Part shown: positions 19,286 through 28,542 of the stretch, piece after piece
Numbering within the stretch: the first letter of the stretch is position 1
How the letters are laid out: each line of letters starts with the position of its first letter
Assembly (NCBI GenBank): GCA_001778985.1
Contig: MFIU01000004.1
Coordinates: forward strand, 3,067 to 67,066
Direction: 5' to 3'
Origin: Candidatus Giovannonibacteria bacterium RIFOXYD1_FULL_48_21
Lineage (GTDB): Bacteria > Patescibacteriota > Minisyncoccia > JACPKW01 > UBA11713
Length of the DNA stretch: 64,000 bases
Translations under genes and position numbers: made by a program
Notes under the pieces: generated by a model
Told to the model about the DNA's origin: nothing
What the model saw: only the letters and a program-made list of their open reading frames with translations
The model's database searches: none

Positions 19286-20818
19286 CTATTCGAATGTTTC
19301 CATTATAGCCGAGGTTCGCTCGGCGAGCAATTCCCGCTCCAGGCCTTTTTGCTCCAAATCGAAAGAACTGAAAATTTCGGCCCATTCAGGGTCAAACCCC
19401 GGTTCTAAATATGGCGGCTCTTCGTCCGGAAGTTCCTCCAGGCGCCGAAACTCCTCCGGATATTTTTCGAAGAATTCCTGGACCGCTAGCGGGATATTGA
19501 AAGTGGGGGCCAGCGCCAAAATCGAAACATCCAAGCTCAAAAACGTCCGGGCAAACAGAACGCCGGCCTCCGGCATTCTGATGCCGGAACGTTCGGCTAA
19601 TTGAAAAAGTTCCATGAACTTGTGCATGGGGCTTTTTTCATGAATGGGGCCCCCGTCTCTGGAAGCTCGGTGCCAGCGAGTCATAAGGTCGTCCAACTCT
19701 TCTTTAATTCTTTTCAAAAATATATTTTTCATGAACTGAATTCGAATCCAATACTGCGGGTAGGTCGTCTTAGCTTCGGACAATATTTCCAAAAGAGGGG
19801 TGCGCACCATCTCCAAAAAAGCTTTAACGCCCGCTTCCAAATCTTCTTTCGCGACGGCCTTAATGTATCTGGCAAATTTCTTGCGGTCGGAAATTTTTAT
19901 CTCGGCCGCGATCCCGGCGTCAACCAGCCCCAAGCCTCCGCCGTCCAGAACCAAAATATTGGCCGGGTGCGGGTCGGCATGGAAAAAACCCTCGAACAAA
20001 AAAGAGTAAAGCTCAAAGAAAATGGCCTCTCGAAAAAAGGAGCTGGCGTCCGGCGGAGGAGTGTTGGAGAGATAGAAAGATTTTAAAGTCTGGCCCTCTA
20101 TAAACTCCATAACCAATATTCTCCGGGTTGTATATTCCAAATGGGCTTTCGGGATTTTTATCCGCAGTTTGCCCCTCGCTACTTGCTCCCGAAGACGCGT
20201 CAGATTTTCCGCTTCTTTGAGATAGTCCATTTCCCGCTCGGTCAAGTGAATAAAATCGCGGACCACCTTCTGGGGGTCGACCGTTTTGACGATGCCGGTT
20301 TTGCCAATCACCCAGGCGAGGAAGGAAAAAAAGCGGGCATCCATAGAAAAATCTTCAGCCACAAACGGCCGCTGAACCTTGAGCGCGACCTTCCTGCCTT
20401 GACTCGCGTCAGGCGAGGCAGGCTCCCCCTCCGCCAGCCAGGCCGCGTGCACCTGTCCGAAAGAAGCGGCCGAAAGAGGTTTTCGTTCGAACTTCGAAAA
20501 AACTTCTTCCGGACGCTTGCCGTATTCTTTGATAAAAATTCCGTCCAAAAGCTGCGGCTCAATCGGAGAAACATCGTCTAAAAGCCCCAAAAGCTCCCGG
20601 CAGTATTCCTCCGGAAAATAGTCGGGGCGGACCGAAGCCAGCTGGCCGAACTTCAAAAAACTTCCGCCGAGCTCTTCCAGTATTCCCCGCAAATCTTTGG
20701 GGGAAATAAAAGGCTTGGCCCCGCCGAAAATTTTCTGCCGCAAAATCTTAAAAGCGTAATCGACAATAACTTCAAAGACTAAAAAATACCTGCCCGCTCT
20801 TTGCAGAAACCTAGACAT
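19286..20818 (-). CDS. UbiB/ABC1 (aarF-domain) atypical protein kinase
   Basis: ASFGQVHAAW, HADPHPANILV and VDAGI motifs of the ABC1/UbiB kinase family. Confidence 0.75.
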   Translation of the reverse strand: MSRFLQRAGRYFLVFEVIVDYAFKILRQKIFGGAKPFISPKDLRGILEELGGSFLKFGQLASVRPDYFPEEYCRELLGLLDDVSPIEPQLLDGIFIKEYGKRPEEVFSKFERKPLSAASFGQVHAAWLAEGEPASPDASQGRKVALKVQRPFVAEDFSMDARFFSFLAWVIGKTGIVKTVDPQKVVRDFIHLTEREMDYLKEAENLTRLREQVARGKLRIKIPKAHLEYTTRRILVMEFIEGQTLKSFYLSNTPPPDASSFFREAIFFELYSFLFEGFFHADPHPANILVLDGGGLGLVDAGIAAEIKISDRKKFARYIKAVAKEDLEAGVKAFLEMVRTPLLEILSEAKTTYPQYWIRIQFMKNIFLKRIKEELDDLMTRWHRASRDGGPIHEKSPMHKFMELFQLAERSGIRMPEAGVLFARTFLSLDVSILALAPTFNIPLAVQEFFEKYPEEFRRLEELPDEEPPYLEPGFDPEWAEIFSSFDLEQKGLERELLAERTSAIMETFE

Positions 20819-20822
20819 TTTA

Positions 20823-20987
20823 TCAGGAAATTCGCGGAGTTCGAAAACCCAAATAAGCCAAAACTACGGTCCCGAAAGCCGCGATAGACAGGACGTATTC
20901 CGGGTTCGACTTGGGTCTCGCCCCAATAATCCAGGCCGAGAGAATCCAAATCGCCACGATAGCGACAGAAGTCCAAGCGTACTTCAT
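20823..20987 (-). CDS. small membrane protein (54 aa), paralog of 19096..19269
   Basis: Hand-translated as MKYAWTSVAIVAIWILSAWIIGARPKSNPEYVLSIAAFGTVVLAYLGFRTPRIS. Shares the MKY-W...IW...GFxTP pattern with the other copy. Preferred over the out-of-frame track ORF 20779..20976. Confidence 0.55.
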   Translation of the reverse strand: MKYAWTSVAIVAIWILSAWIIGARPKSNPEYVLSIAAFGTVVLAYLGFRTPRIS

Positions 20988-21026
20988 GTTCTAATTATAT
21001 AGAAAATAGCTTTATTTGTCAAATTT

Positions 21027-21875
21027 CTATATCCGATGCCCGCCGAAGCGGGAACGGAGCGCGGAAAGAATTTTGCCGGCGTAGCTCGGTTTTTTAGCAG
21101 ATTCGATTCGAAATTTAAGCGCGCCTTCTATAATCTTCGCCGGGACGCCGAGCTCCTTCGCCGTCTTGACCGTCCATTCCCCTTCTCCGGTATGCCCAAC
21201 TTTGCCGGAAACTTTTTTTAAATCTTCTCCGTAAACTCGGAAAGCTTCTTTAAGCCACCTCGTGAGCCGCGATTCAATCACCGAGCCGTGATTATAAACT
21301 TCGGCAACGCGCCTCAAATCAAGGTGATATTTTGATTTTTTCAAGACAGCAAAACCTTCGGCAATCGCCTGCATCATGCCGTACTCGATGCCGTTATGGA
21401 CCATCTTCACGAAATGCCCGGCGCCCGCGCCTTCAAAAAACTCCAAAGCTCCCGGCTCGCGCGCGACGGCGAGAAAAAGTGGCCGCAAATACCGATAATC
21501 CTTTCTCCTCCCTCCAACCATAAGACAAGCCCCGTGCCTCGCCCCTCCTGGGCCTCCGGAAATCCCGACGTCCGCAAACCGAATTCCTTTCCGGGAAAGC
21601 CCACCAGCTCGTCGAACTGAATCTTTATAGAAAGAATTGCCGAAATCGGCGATGATGTCGCCTTTCTCTAAAAACTTCGAACTCTCGCGAATAATTTCAT
21701 CCACCGCCTGGGCAGGAACCGAAAGAATCAGAAGGCGCGGCCGAGAAATATCTTTTATTTTCGAAAAATTATATCCTTTATCCAATCCCAATACCTTCCA
21801 TCTTCGTTCTTTCAAACGAAGCGCCATATTTTTACCCATCTTCCCAAGACCAATGATGGCAACTTCTTTTTTCAT
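21027..21875 (-). CDS. gnd: 6-phosphogluconate dehydrogenase (decarboxylating), short form
   Basis: AIIGLGKMGKNMALRL Rossmann motif and HNGIEYGMMQAIAEGF. About 280 aa, as in YqeC-like short Gnd. Confidence 0.75.
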   Translation of the reverse strand: MKKEVAIIGLGKMGKNMALRLKERRWKVLGLDKGYNFSKIKDISRPRLLILSVPAQAVDEIIRESSKFLEKGDIIADFGNSFYKDSVRRAGGLSRKGIRFADVGISGGPGGARHGACLMVGGRRKDYRYLRPLFLAVAREPGALEFFEGAGAGHFVKMVHNGIEYGMMQAIAEGFAVLKKSKYHLDLRRVAEVYNHGSVIESRLTRWLKEAFRVYGEDLKKVSGKVGHTGEGEWTVKTAKELGVPAKIIEGALKFRIESAKKPSYAGKILSALRSRFGGHRI

Positions 21876-23026
21876 GGCATTTCCCCTGGATGATAAAATT
21901 TTAAAGGAACTTTATTTTTTTCCCAAGCTTTCAAAATCGGGTCAACAAAACGCCACATTTGAAAGACTTCCTCCCGCGACAGAAACCACGCGCGCTCTCC
22001 CCGAAAGGCCTCGGAGAGCAAAGTTTCGTACTCTTCCACATACTGATATTTCTTTTTATGAAGTTCTGTCGGGAAAATAAGCTTTTTGCCGTCGTGGAAG
22101 TTGATTTGAACTTCTTTCCGCGTTTCCGGCAGACACTTGCCGGATTCAAGCGAAACCCCGATTCCTTTCAGGGAAGCGGTGATTTTGAAATAGGTTTCCG
22201 TTCTGGAATTTCGCTTCACCTTTGGGATTTCCCTGTATCCTCGATACTGCGCCCGAAAGCTCGCGCGCGGCTTTAAAAATTCCAGAATCCGGGCGCGCTT
22301 TCTACGCCCGGACGAGAGCGCCGCGGCGAGCATCGCGAGGAGATGATTTTGCCCCACGTCGCGCAAGGCGCCCACCGAATCGTAAAATTCCCCGCGCCCT
22401 TGAGCTCCTGAAGTTTCCCAGAGGCGGATTTCAATAGAGGAAATGGGCTCGAAGGAAAGCCGGAAAGCGGCGAGTTTCCGAAGGCCGTCTTTGGCCAGAT
22501 AGTGGTCAATTCTGTAAATCTGCTCCTCTCGAAAACACTTTGCCAAAAGGCGGTCCAGCGACCTTGCGCTTTTTAAATCCAGGCCGAAGGGCTTTTCCAC
22601 GAGAAGCCGGTCGTTTTTTTTCACGAGATTCGTCTTCAAAAGCCAGTGAGAAATGGGTCGATAAAACCCTGGAGCAACCGCCAGATAAAAAAATGCTTCG
22701 GCTTTTTTATCTAAAACTCGTTTCAAGTCCTCGTAAGTGTAGCGCTCATCAAAAAATCCGCGCACAAAAGAGAAAAGTTTTAAAAAAGAAGAAAGTTTTT
22801 TGTCGCGAACAATGTCTTTATACTTCACGAGGGCGGCTTTCAGGTGCTTTTGAAATCCTTCTTCCGAAAGCTCCCGGCGCGAAACGCCGATTATCTTAAA
22901 GTCCTTCGGCAGTTTTTTCTCCTTATATAAATAGAAAAGCGAGGGCGCCAGTTTCCGCGCCATCAAATCCCCCGTCGCGCCAAAGACAACTAAGGTTATC
23001 TTTTTATTCAAAAACTGGTTCGCCAT
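21872..23026 (-). CDS. zwf: glucose-6-phosphate 1-dehydrogenase, short form
   Basis: LVVFGATGDLMARKLAPSLFYL NADP-binding motif and RIDHYLAK active-site motif. Confidence 0.8.
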   Translation of the reverse strand: MANQFLNKKITLVVFGATGDLMARKLAPSLFYLYKEKKLPKDFKIIGVSRRELSEEGFQKHLKAALVKYKDIVRDKKLSSFLKLFSFVRGFFDERYTYEDLKRVLDKKAEAFFYLAVAPGFYRPISHWLLKTNLVKKNDRLLVEKPFGLDLKSARSLDRLLAKCFREEQIYRIDHYLAKDGLRKLAAFRLSFEPISSIEIRLWETSGAQGRGEFYDSVGALRDVGQNHLLAMLAAALSSGRRKRARILEFLKPRASFRAQYRGYREIPKVKRNSRTETYFKITASLKGIGVSLESGKCLPETRKEVQINFHDGKKLIFPTELHKKKYQYVEEYETLLSEAFRGERAWFLSREEVFQMWRFVDPILKAWEKNKVPLKFYHPGEMP

Positions 23027-23657
23027 TTTCGAAACGCTTGGGTTGTTCTTTTAAGATTTTTTGGGAGAGCGCCGAATCGTAAACGTATTTTGAGCCGTTC
23101 CATGAAAAAGCTTGGGCCTCCCAGGACCAATTGCCCTCGCCGTCCTCCAAGCCGGAAACCTGCGCCAACGCTTTTTGGTCTTCGAGCACTTTAAAAACTT
23201 CGGCGTTCCGGACGGACGCGCCGTCCCAAAAAACAGCAGGATGCATAGAACCGTCCGCCGACACCAAATCCAAAAACTTCCACTTTCCTTCTGCAAACTC
23301 AAACACGCCGTAGGAAGTGGCATAAGCGCCAGAGTCATTCAGGTCCGCGACAATCTCTTCGATGCCATCCCCATTCAAATCAAGGCGTTCGGTAATCTCG
23401 GGCGCGGCCGTGCTTTGAATTTCAAGGTCTCGAGGAAGCGCTTTGACGAGAGCCGAAAGTTTTTCTGTCAGTTTCTCGCTTGAAACCTCTGGGCTGGCTT
23501 TTTCCTCCGGCGCCGCCACCTGCAAGGCCTTGTCCTGCAGAAGATAAACTTTAACCGGATCGTAATATTTAAAACCGAGCCAGGCGAAAACGCCTAAAAT
23601 TGCAATATAAAATATGAACCTAAGCCTGCTTCTAAATCTACTCTTGCGGCGCGCCAT
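23004..23657 (-). CDS. hypothetical secreted/membrane-anchored protein
   Basis: Start set to MARRKSRFRSRLRFIFYIAILGVF (signal anchor). No family. Confidence 0.45.
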   Translation of the reverse strand: MARRKSRFRSRLRFIFYIAILGVFAWLGFKYYDPVKVYLLQDKALQVAAPEEKASPEVSSEKLTEKLSALVKALPRDLEIQSTAAPEITERLDLNGDGIEEIVADLNDSGAYATSYGVFEFAEGKWKFLDLVSADGSMHPAVFWDGASVRNAEVFKVLEDQKALAQVSGLEDGEGNWSWEAQAFSWNGSKYVYDSALSQKILKEQPKRFENGEPVFE

Positions 23658-23669
23658 TTCTTCATTATA

Positions 23670-24266
23670 ATGGAAAATATGTTTCAGGTAGACAAGAAAT
23701 TTCCGCACTTCTCGCTGGAGACTTATAACCCCATAAGTGAGGAGGTGGAGCGAATCAAAAATGAAGATTTCAGAGGATCGTGGCTTGTGCTCTTTTTCTA
23801 TCCGGCCGATTTTACCTTCGTCTGCCCAACCGAGCTCGTAGACATGAACCGCCACATGGAAGACTTCAAAAAATACAAGGCGTGTGTAATCGGTGCCTCA
23901 ACCGATACGGTCCATACGCACCGCGCCTGGATCGAAATGGAAGAACTTTTGAAAGGGCTCAAGTATCCGCTTGCCTCGGACCACGGCGGTAAATTCTCCG
24001 CGGAACTTAGCATTCTCTATGAAGATTCCTTCAAATCGCAGCGCGCCGCCTTCATCATTGACCCTGACGGCATCCTGCGAGCAGCTGATATTGTCGCTGA
24101 CGACATCGGCCGGAACGCCTCGGAAATTTTGCGCAAACTCAAAGCTCTCGACTTCGTTCGCAAAAATCCCGGCAAAGTCTGCCCGGCCTCCTGGGACGAG
24201 GGCGAAGCGACCCTGTCCCCCTCCATCAAAAAAGCCGGAAAGGTTTATAGGGAATTAAGGAGATAA
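23670..24266 (+). CDS. 2-Cys peroxiredoxin (AhpC/Tsa family)
   Basis: FFYPADFTFVCPTEL peroxidatic-Cys motif and C-terminal VCPASW resolving Cys. Confidence 0.85.
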   Translation: MENMFQVDKKFPHFSLETYNPISEEVERIKNEDFRGSWLVLFFYPADFTFVCPTELVDMNRHMEDFKKYKACVIGASTDTVHTHRAWIEMEELLKGLKYPLASDHGGKFSAELSILYEDSFKSQRAAFIIDPDGILRAADIVADDIGRNASEILRKLKALDFVRKNPGKVCPASWDEGEATLSPSIKKAGKVYRELRR

Positions 24267-24286
24267 ACTAGAAGAGAACTTGAAAG

Positions 24287-24311
24287 GCCTGATGCGGTTC
24301 CGCATCAGGCC
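24287..24311. terminator. bidirectional intrinsic terminator (GGCCTGATGCGGTTCCGCATCAGGCC + T-run)
   Basis: Perfect hairpin between the convergent peroxiredoxin and purB genes. Confidence 0.65.
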
Positions 24312-24333
24312 TTTTGTTCGTTGCTAGTATCAG

Positions 24334-25650
24334 CTACTGGCTAAAGATATGCTCAATGCCTTTTTGGATATACGCATTGACATCAAAGCATTCTTCGATT
24401 TTTTCTGATGGCAGAATGTCAGTGACATATCTGCCATTCAAAGGCCGCAACGTCAGCAACGTTTTCAGATGCATCCGATCTTTCTCCGCTTCGAAAGAAA
24501 GTTGCTGGACATACTGGTATGCTTCTGAATACGGAATACCTGCATCCATTAGCGCGTTGCGAACACGCTGGCTAGCCCAAACGCCCTGAGAATTCTCCAG
24601 ATTCTCTAACATACAATGCGAAAAAACCACAAGCCCTTCAACAAGCTCTGTCATCTTACGCACCATATAGTCTAGAAGCGAGGTCGCGTCTGGAAATATA
24701 TGCCGTTCAACGCTTGATTGAGAGATATCGCGACACTCCGGCGTAGCGATATTTTCCATCGCTGCATGGGCATAGCCACGCAGAAGGCGCGCCATTCCCA
24801 TGAGACGCTCGGTCAAAATGGGATTTCTCTTATGGGCCATGGCCGAGGAACCACGCTGCTCCGGTGCCCTAGGTTCCCGCAACTCACACACATCGCTGCG
24901 CATCATCTCCCAGAAAGTCCGCGCTATTTGTTCGATAGTTCCTCCTGCAATGGCAATCGCCGAGAGAAGAGCCGCATGTCGATCCCGTTGAAGGATTTGT
25001 GTTTCTGCTTGAGCCGGACGCAACTCGAGAATTTCCAAGGCTTTCGCTTCTACTTTGGGATCGAGTTCTCCATAAACGCCAACTGCGCCAGAAATATTGC
25101 CCTGGTTTAGCTCGTCTCTGACAACGTTGTGAAGCCTCTCAATAGACCGCTTAATCCCAAATTCAAAAACCATCAGCAGATGGCCAAACGAGGTCGGTTC
25201 GGCATACTGCCCGTGTGTCCGGGCAATCATAATGGTATTGCGATGTTCTACAGCTTTGTCCCGTAAAGCAGAATGCAATCCGTGAAGTACAAAAATAATG
25301 GCATTGGTCGCACTGCGTAAGAGTAACACCATCGCTGGATCTTCGACGTTATACGAAGTGAGTTTCTTATGAAACTCATTCTTCCATTTACCGACACCGG
25401 CGGTTTCGAGCGATTCCTGCACGCTCTCAATAAATGCGATCATGTCGTGCCGATACAGATTGTCCAATTCATTTATCCGGGCCACGTTAATCCTGGCGTG
25501 ATATCGAATCGCCTCAAATCCCTCACGGGGTAATTCTCTCAGCTTGAACCGCGCTTCGAGCACAGCAAGTTCGACTTTGAGCCAAGTTTTATACCTGTTC
25601 TCTTCGCTCCAAAGCGTCTGCATTTCCCTATATGCATATCTTTTTAACAT
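24334..25650 (-). CDS. purB: adenylosuccinate lyase
   Basis: Fumarate-lyase signature GSSAMAHKRNP. Overall PurB-like length. Confidence 0.8.
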   Translation of the reverse strand: MLKRYAYREMQTLWSEENRYKTWLKVELAVLEARFKLRELPREGFEAIRYHARINVARINELDNLYRHDMIAFIESVQESLETAGVGKWKNEFHKKLTSYNVEDPAMVLLLRSATNAIIFVLHGLHSALRDKAVEHRNTIMIARTHGQYAEPTSFGHLLMVFEFGIKRSIERLHNVVRDELNQGNISGAVGVYGELDPKVEAKALEILELRPAQAETQILQRDRHAALLSAIAIAGGTIEQIARTFWEMMRSDVCELREPRAPEQRGSSAMAHKRNPILTERLMGMARLLRGYAHAAMENIATPECRDISQSSVERHIFPDATSLLDYMVRKMTELVEGLVVFSHCMLENLENSQGVWASQRVRNALMDAGIPYSEAYQYVQQLSFEAEKDRMHLKTLLTLRPLNGRYVTDILPSEKIEECFDVNAYIQKGIEHIFSQ

Positions 25651-25756
25651 AAAGACCCTCCCTTTCGCTTATTTACAAACTCACAGAAACGGTAGCAGAT
25701 TACAAAAATAAAGTAAATGCTGTAGAATTCCTGCTTCAGGCCCGCAAACAAAAAGA

Positions 25757-25782
25757 AAAGCCCCCTGATCAGGGGGCTTTTC
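25757..25782 (-). terminator. intrinsic terminator (AAAAGCCCCCTGATCAGGGGGCTTTT)
   Basis: Perfect hairpin plus a T-run downstream of the RRM gene. Confidence 0.65.
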
Positions 25783-25797
25783 TTTTTGTTAGTTCTA

Positions 25798-26145
25798 CTA
25801 GAACTCTTTTCGGCCGTAACCGCCGCGGGAGCCGAAGCCGCCGCCCCCGCCACGGCGGGGAAAACCGCCGCCTCGTGGACGTCCGGCTCCGCCTTCGCCC
25901 GCCGGCCGCGCCTCGTTCACAACGAGCGCTCTGCCGTCGAGCTCTTTTCCGTTCAGCGTCTCGATGGCTTTCTTAGCCTCTTCATCGGAGGCCATCTCCA
26001 CAAAACCGAAACCGCGCGAACGTCCGGTCATTTTATCCATAACCACTGACGCGGACTGAACCGTTCCGGCTTGCGCAAAATGCTCTCGCAGGCTTTCATC
26101 CGTAGTGCTGTAGGAAAGGCTCCCTACGTATAACTTCGTGGACAT
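25798..26145 (-). CDS. glycine-rich RNA-binding protein (RRM domain)
   Basis: RNP-2 LYVGSL and RNP-1 RGFGFVEM. RGG-rich tail. Confidence 0.85.
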   Translation of the reverse strand: MSTKLYVGSLSYSTTDESLREHFAQAGTVQSASVVMDKMTGRSRGFGFVEMASDEEAKKAIETLNGKELDGRALVVNEARPAGEGGAGRPRGGGFPRRGGGGGFGSRGGYGRKEF

Positions 26146-26261
26146 TTTTATTTGCTAATTCAATAAACCTTTGTAGGCAGACCTAATCCTACAAAACATC
26201 TTTAGCCTAGCAGAAAGAGCGCCTCTTGGCAAGAAGCGCTCCCTCAAAATCAACTAGACAA

Positions 26262-26699
26262 CTAGACAATGAACTCTCCTAAGACTATTTCCTCCCCATT
26301 CCCAAGAAGCCAGACCAGCCATCGCGCATCTTTTTGTCCCAGCCGCACAAAAGGACTGACCGGCGTCAGACTGAGATGGATAAGGTTTTTGTCTGAAAGG
26401 CCGTTCCGAAGCAGCATCCGCCATTCTCCGCCCCGCAGGGTTAGACGATAGTCATAAGCGTATCTCCTGCCTTTGAGCTGCAGATTAATAAAAATACCCT
26501 CTCCTATCCTCCAAACCAGCAGATAAATGCGGCTATCCTCTTCGTAGAGGGCCACCGCAGTCCTGTCTTTCAATCGCTCTGAGGCCGCGAGATAAGCGTC
26601 TAGCGAGTGATGATAATCAGAAAATCCAGAGGGCTTTGAATAACCGAACAAGAAGAGAACCAAGACCAAAAACAGGATATAAATTTTTAAATTTTTCAT
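26262..26699 (-). CDS. hypothetical secreted protein
   Basis: Signal peptide MKNLKIYILFLVLVLFLFG. No family. Confidence 0.45.
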   Translation of the reverse strand: MKNLKIYILFLVLVLFLFGYSKPSGFSDYHHSLDAYLAASERLKDRTAVALYEEDSRIYLLVWRIGEGIFINLQLKGRRYAYDYRLTLRGGEWRMLLRNGLSDKNLIHLSLTPVSPFVRLGQKDARWLVWLLGNGEEIVLGEFIV

Positions 26700-26736
26700 C
26701 CCTTTCCCTCCTTTTTATCGATTATTCCACAGAGCG

Positions 26737-27420
26737 CTAAAAAGGTCTAGGGCATTCGCCTTTTTGCCTAATCTCAACTTTCGCTCGTCTGGCGTGGCAA
26801 TCATTGGAATAAGTCTTGCCGTCTTGGCCGCAGACCGGGTCATATATCTGGGTGCAGACGATTTCTTCATTCCGAAGTTTCCCGGCCCGCTCCAGAGTTC
26901 TTTCAAGTGTTTCGCCTAATCTTTCTTTTGCCTCCCGCGAAATATCCCGGAGTTCCTCTTGGTCTTCGAACTTTTCCAAAAGCTCCTCAAACAATCTTTC
27001 GTGTTTTTCGGTGCGCTCTTCCAGCCTTTCCAAAAGTCTTTCGACTTGCGGATTTTCTGAAATATCCCCCAAGGCCTCGAGGCGCGCTTTAAGACGCTCT
27101 TGCGATTTTTTATAATTTTCAATCGCCCTCTTGATGGCCTCGATATTGTCGGGATTTTCTTCTTCAACTTTCTTGGCCTCCGCCGCTTTCTCGTTGGAAA
27201 TTTCGAGCTCGAGTTCGGCTTTCTTGACGCGGTCGAAAGTAAACAAAAGCTTCAAACCCCGGCGCCATTCTTTCAAGAAATAAAAGGGGCTCGTGGGAAG
27301 GGTGCCTGGGTCCTCTATACCCAAATCAACCGTGATAGTTATCTCATCCTCGGGATGGGCCAGAACCGCTCCCGCCAGAAAAAAACTTACAAATAAAGGC
27401 AAAATAAGAAATTTTTTCAT
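26737..27420 (-). CDS. secreted coiled-coil protein with C-terminal Kazal-type protease-inhibitor domain
   Basis: Signal peptide. SPFYFLKEW motif region and Glu/Arg/Leu coiled coil. C-terminal CTQIYDPVCGQDGKTYSNDCHARRAKVEIRQKGEC fits the Kazal C-x-PVCG-x-DG-x-TY-x-N-x-C pattern. Confidence 0.6.
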   Translation of the reverse strand: MKKFLILPLFVSFFLAGAVLAHPEDEITITVDLGIEDPGTLPTSPFYFLKEWRRGLKLLFTFDRVKKAELELEISNEKAAEAKKVEEENPDNIEAIKRAIENYKKSQERLKARLEALGDISENPQVERLLERLEERTEKHERLFEELLEKFEDQEELRDISREAKERLGETLERTLERAGKLRNEEIVCTQIYDPVCGQDGKTYSNDCHARRAKVEIRQKGECPRPF

Positions 27421-27427
27421 GTTATTT

Positions 27428-27988
27428 TTATTTTACCACCTTCATCCAAAATCGCCATGGTTTTTTGGACCAGATGGGGCCGGCGTAATCAATGCCGATT
27501 CTGGACGAACAAAAAAATTTTTTCGGCTTTATTCCGTCCTCTATCCAAAGCCTGGTCTTCTTTGACAAAGGCTTGTTGTTAAGAGACTTGTCGATATTCA
27601 AAAATCGCGCGACTCTCCCGGGGCCGTTTACGTGTTCTTTGCCGAAGAAAATTCCGCGAATCAAAACGGCGGCTGGGAAATCTTTCTCGCCAGTCACTAT
27701 ATTCAAGCAGTAATACATTCCATATATCAAATAAACATAAATGACGCCAGCCTCTCCAAACATAACTTCTGTTCGCTTCGTCCGCCCGCGGGAAGCGTGC
27801 GAGGCTTTGTCATTCGGGCCGTGGTAAGCTTCAACTTCCGATATTATACCTTCTATTTTTTTGCCGTTTATTTTTCGGACAATTTTCTTTCCCAAGAGCT
27901 CTTTGGCAACCCTCAAAGTATCCCGCGCGAAAAATTCTTTTCCGAGACTTTTCATAAAACCAATAATATACAGAAAGGCCAGGAGCAT
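27428..27988 (-). CDS. mpg: DNA-3-methyladenine glycosylase (AAG/Mpg family)
   Basis: FFARDTLRVAKELLGK...ISEVEAYHGPNDKASHA...GVIYVYLIYGMYYCLNIV matches the Mpg family core. Confidence 0.75.
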   Translation of the reverse strand: MLLAFLYIIGFMKSLGKEFFARDTLRVAKELLGKKIVRKINGKKIEGIISEVEAYHGPNDKASHASRGRTKRTEVMFGEAGVIYVYLIYGMYYCLNIVTGEKDFPAAVLIRGIFFGKEHVNGPGRVARFLNIDKSLNNKPLSKKTRLWIEDGIKPKKFFCSSRIGIDYAGPIWSKKPWRFWMKVVK

Positions 27989-28015
27989 AAACCCCCGGCC
28001 TTCTTCTTCGCGAAC

Positions 28016-28477
28016 TTAGGCAGCTTTCTTTTTCAACCGTTCAAGAGCGCCGATTCTATGGGCCCTAAATCTCAGCCTCAAAAACTCTGCGATTCTCTGA
28101 CCGTTGACCTCGACAAAAGCATTTACTGATCCCCTCTTCCCTTTGAGATCTAATATCTCCACCAAAAAAACTACGTCGTCACCGGCGATTGCGGAATGTT
28201 TGAAATCGAATGAGTCCCCGCCTTCTAGCATCGGAAGGCGCCCATCAAACATCCCCAAAGCTTTGACCAGCACTGCCGCTGCTTGGGCTGACGCCTCAAG
28301 AAGCCGCGCTCCCGGAAGGGTGTCAAAATGCCCCTCACATTCCGTAGCCGGAATTTCCCAGGTCGCGGAAATGTTTTTTTCAGAATGCCACGCCCCCGAG
28401 AACGGAATTCGCTCTTTGTCCCCAAAAAATTGTGAAAGAATTTCCCTAATATCCCCTCCTAACAAATAATTTTTCAT
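28016..28477 (-). CDS. FabZ/FabA-like hotdog-fold dehydratase
   Basis: GHFDTLPGARLLEASAQ resembles the FabZ HFPGxPxxPGxLxxEAxAQ active-site region. Confidence 0.5.
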   Translation of the reverse strand: MKNYLLGGDIREILSQFFGDKERIPFSGAWHSEKNISATWEIPATECEGHFDTLPGARLLEASAQAAAVLVKALGMFDGRLPMLEGGDSFDFKHSAIAGDDVVFLVEILDLKGKRGSVNAFVEVNGQRIAEFLRLRFRAHRIGALERLKKKAA

Positions 28478-28542
28478 ATCAGACCTCCTTTAAAGATTTT
28501 TCAATCTAATCTTACACCAAGTGAAATTTTATTTCAACATGG

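Noticed and set aside
19100-20976. Track ORFs 19100..19285 (+) and 20779..20976 (-)
   Set aside because: Overlapping frames encode two mutually paralogous two-TM miniproteins on the minus strand. The track ORFs have no support.
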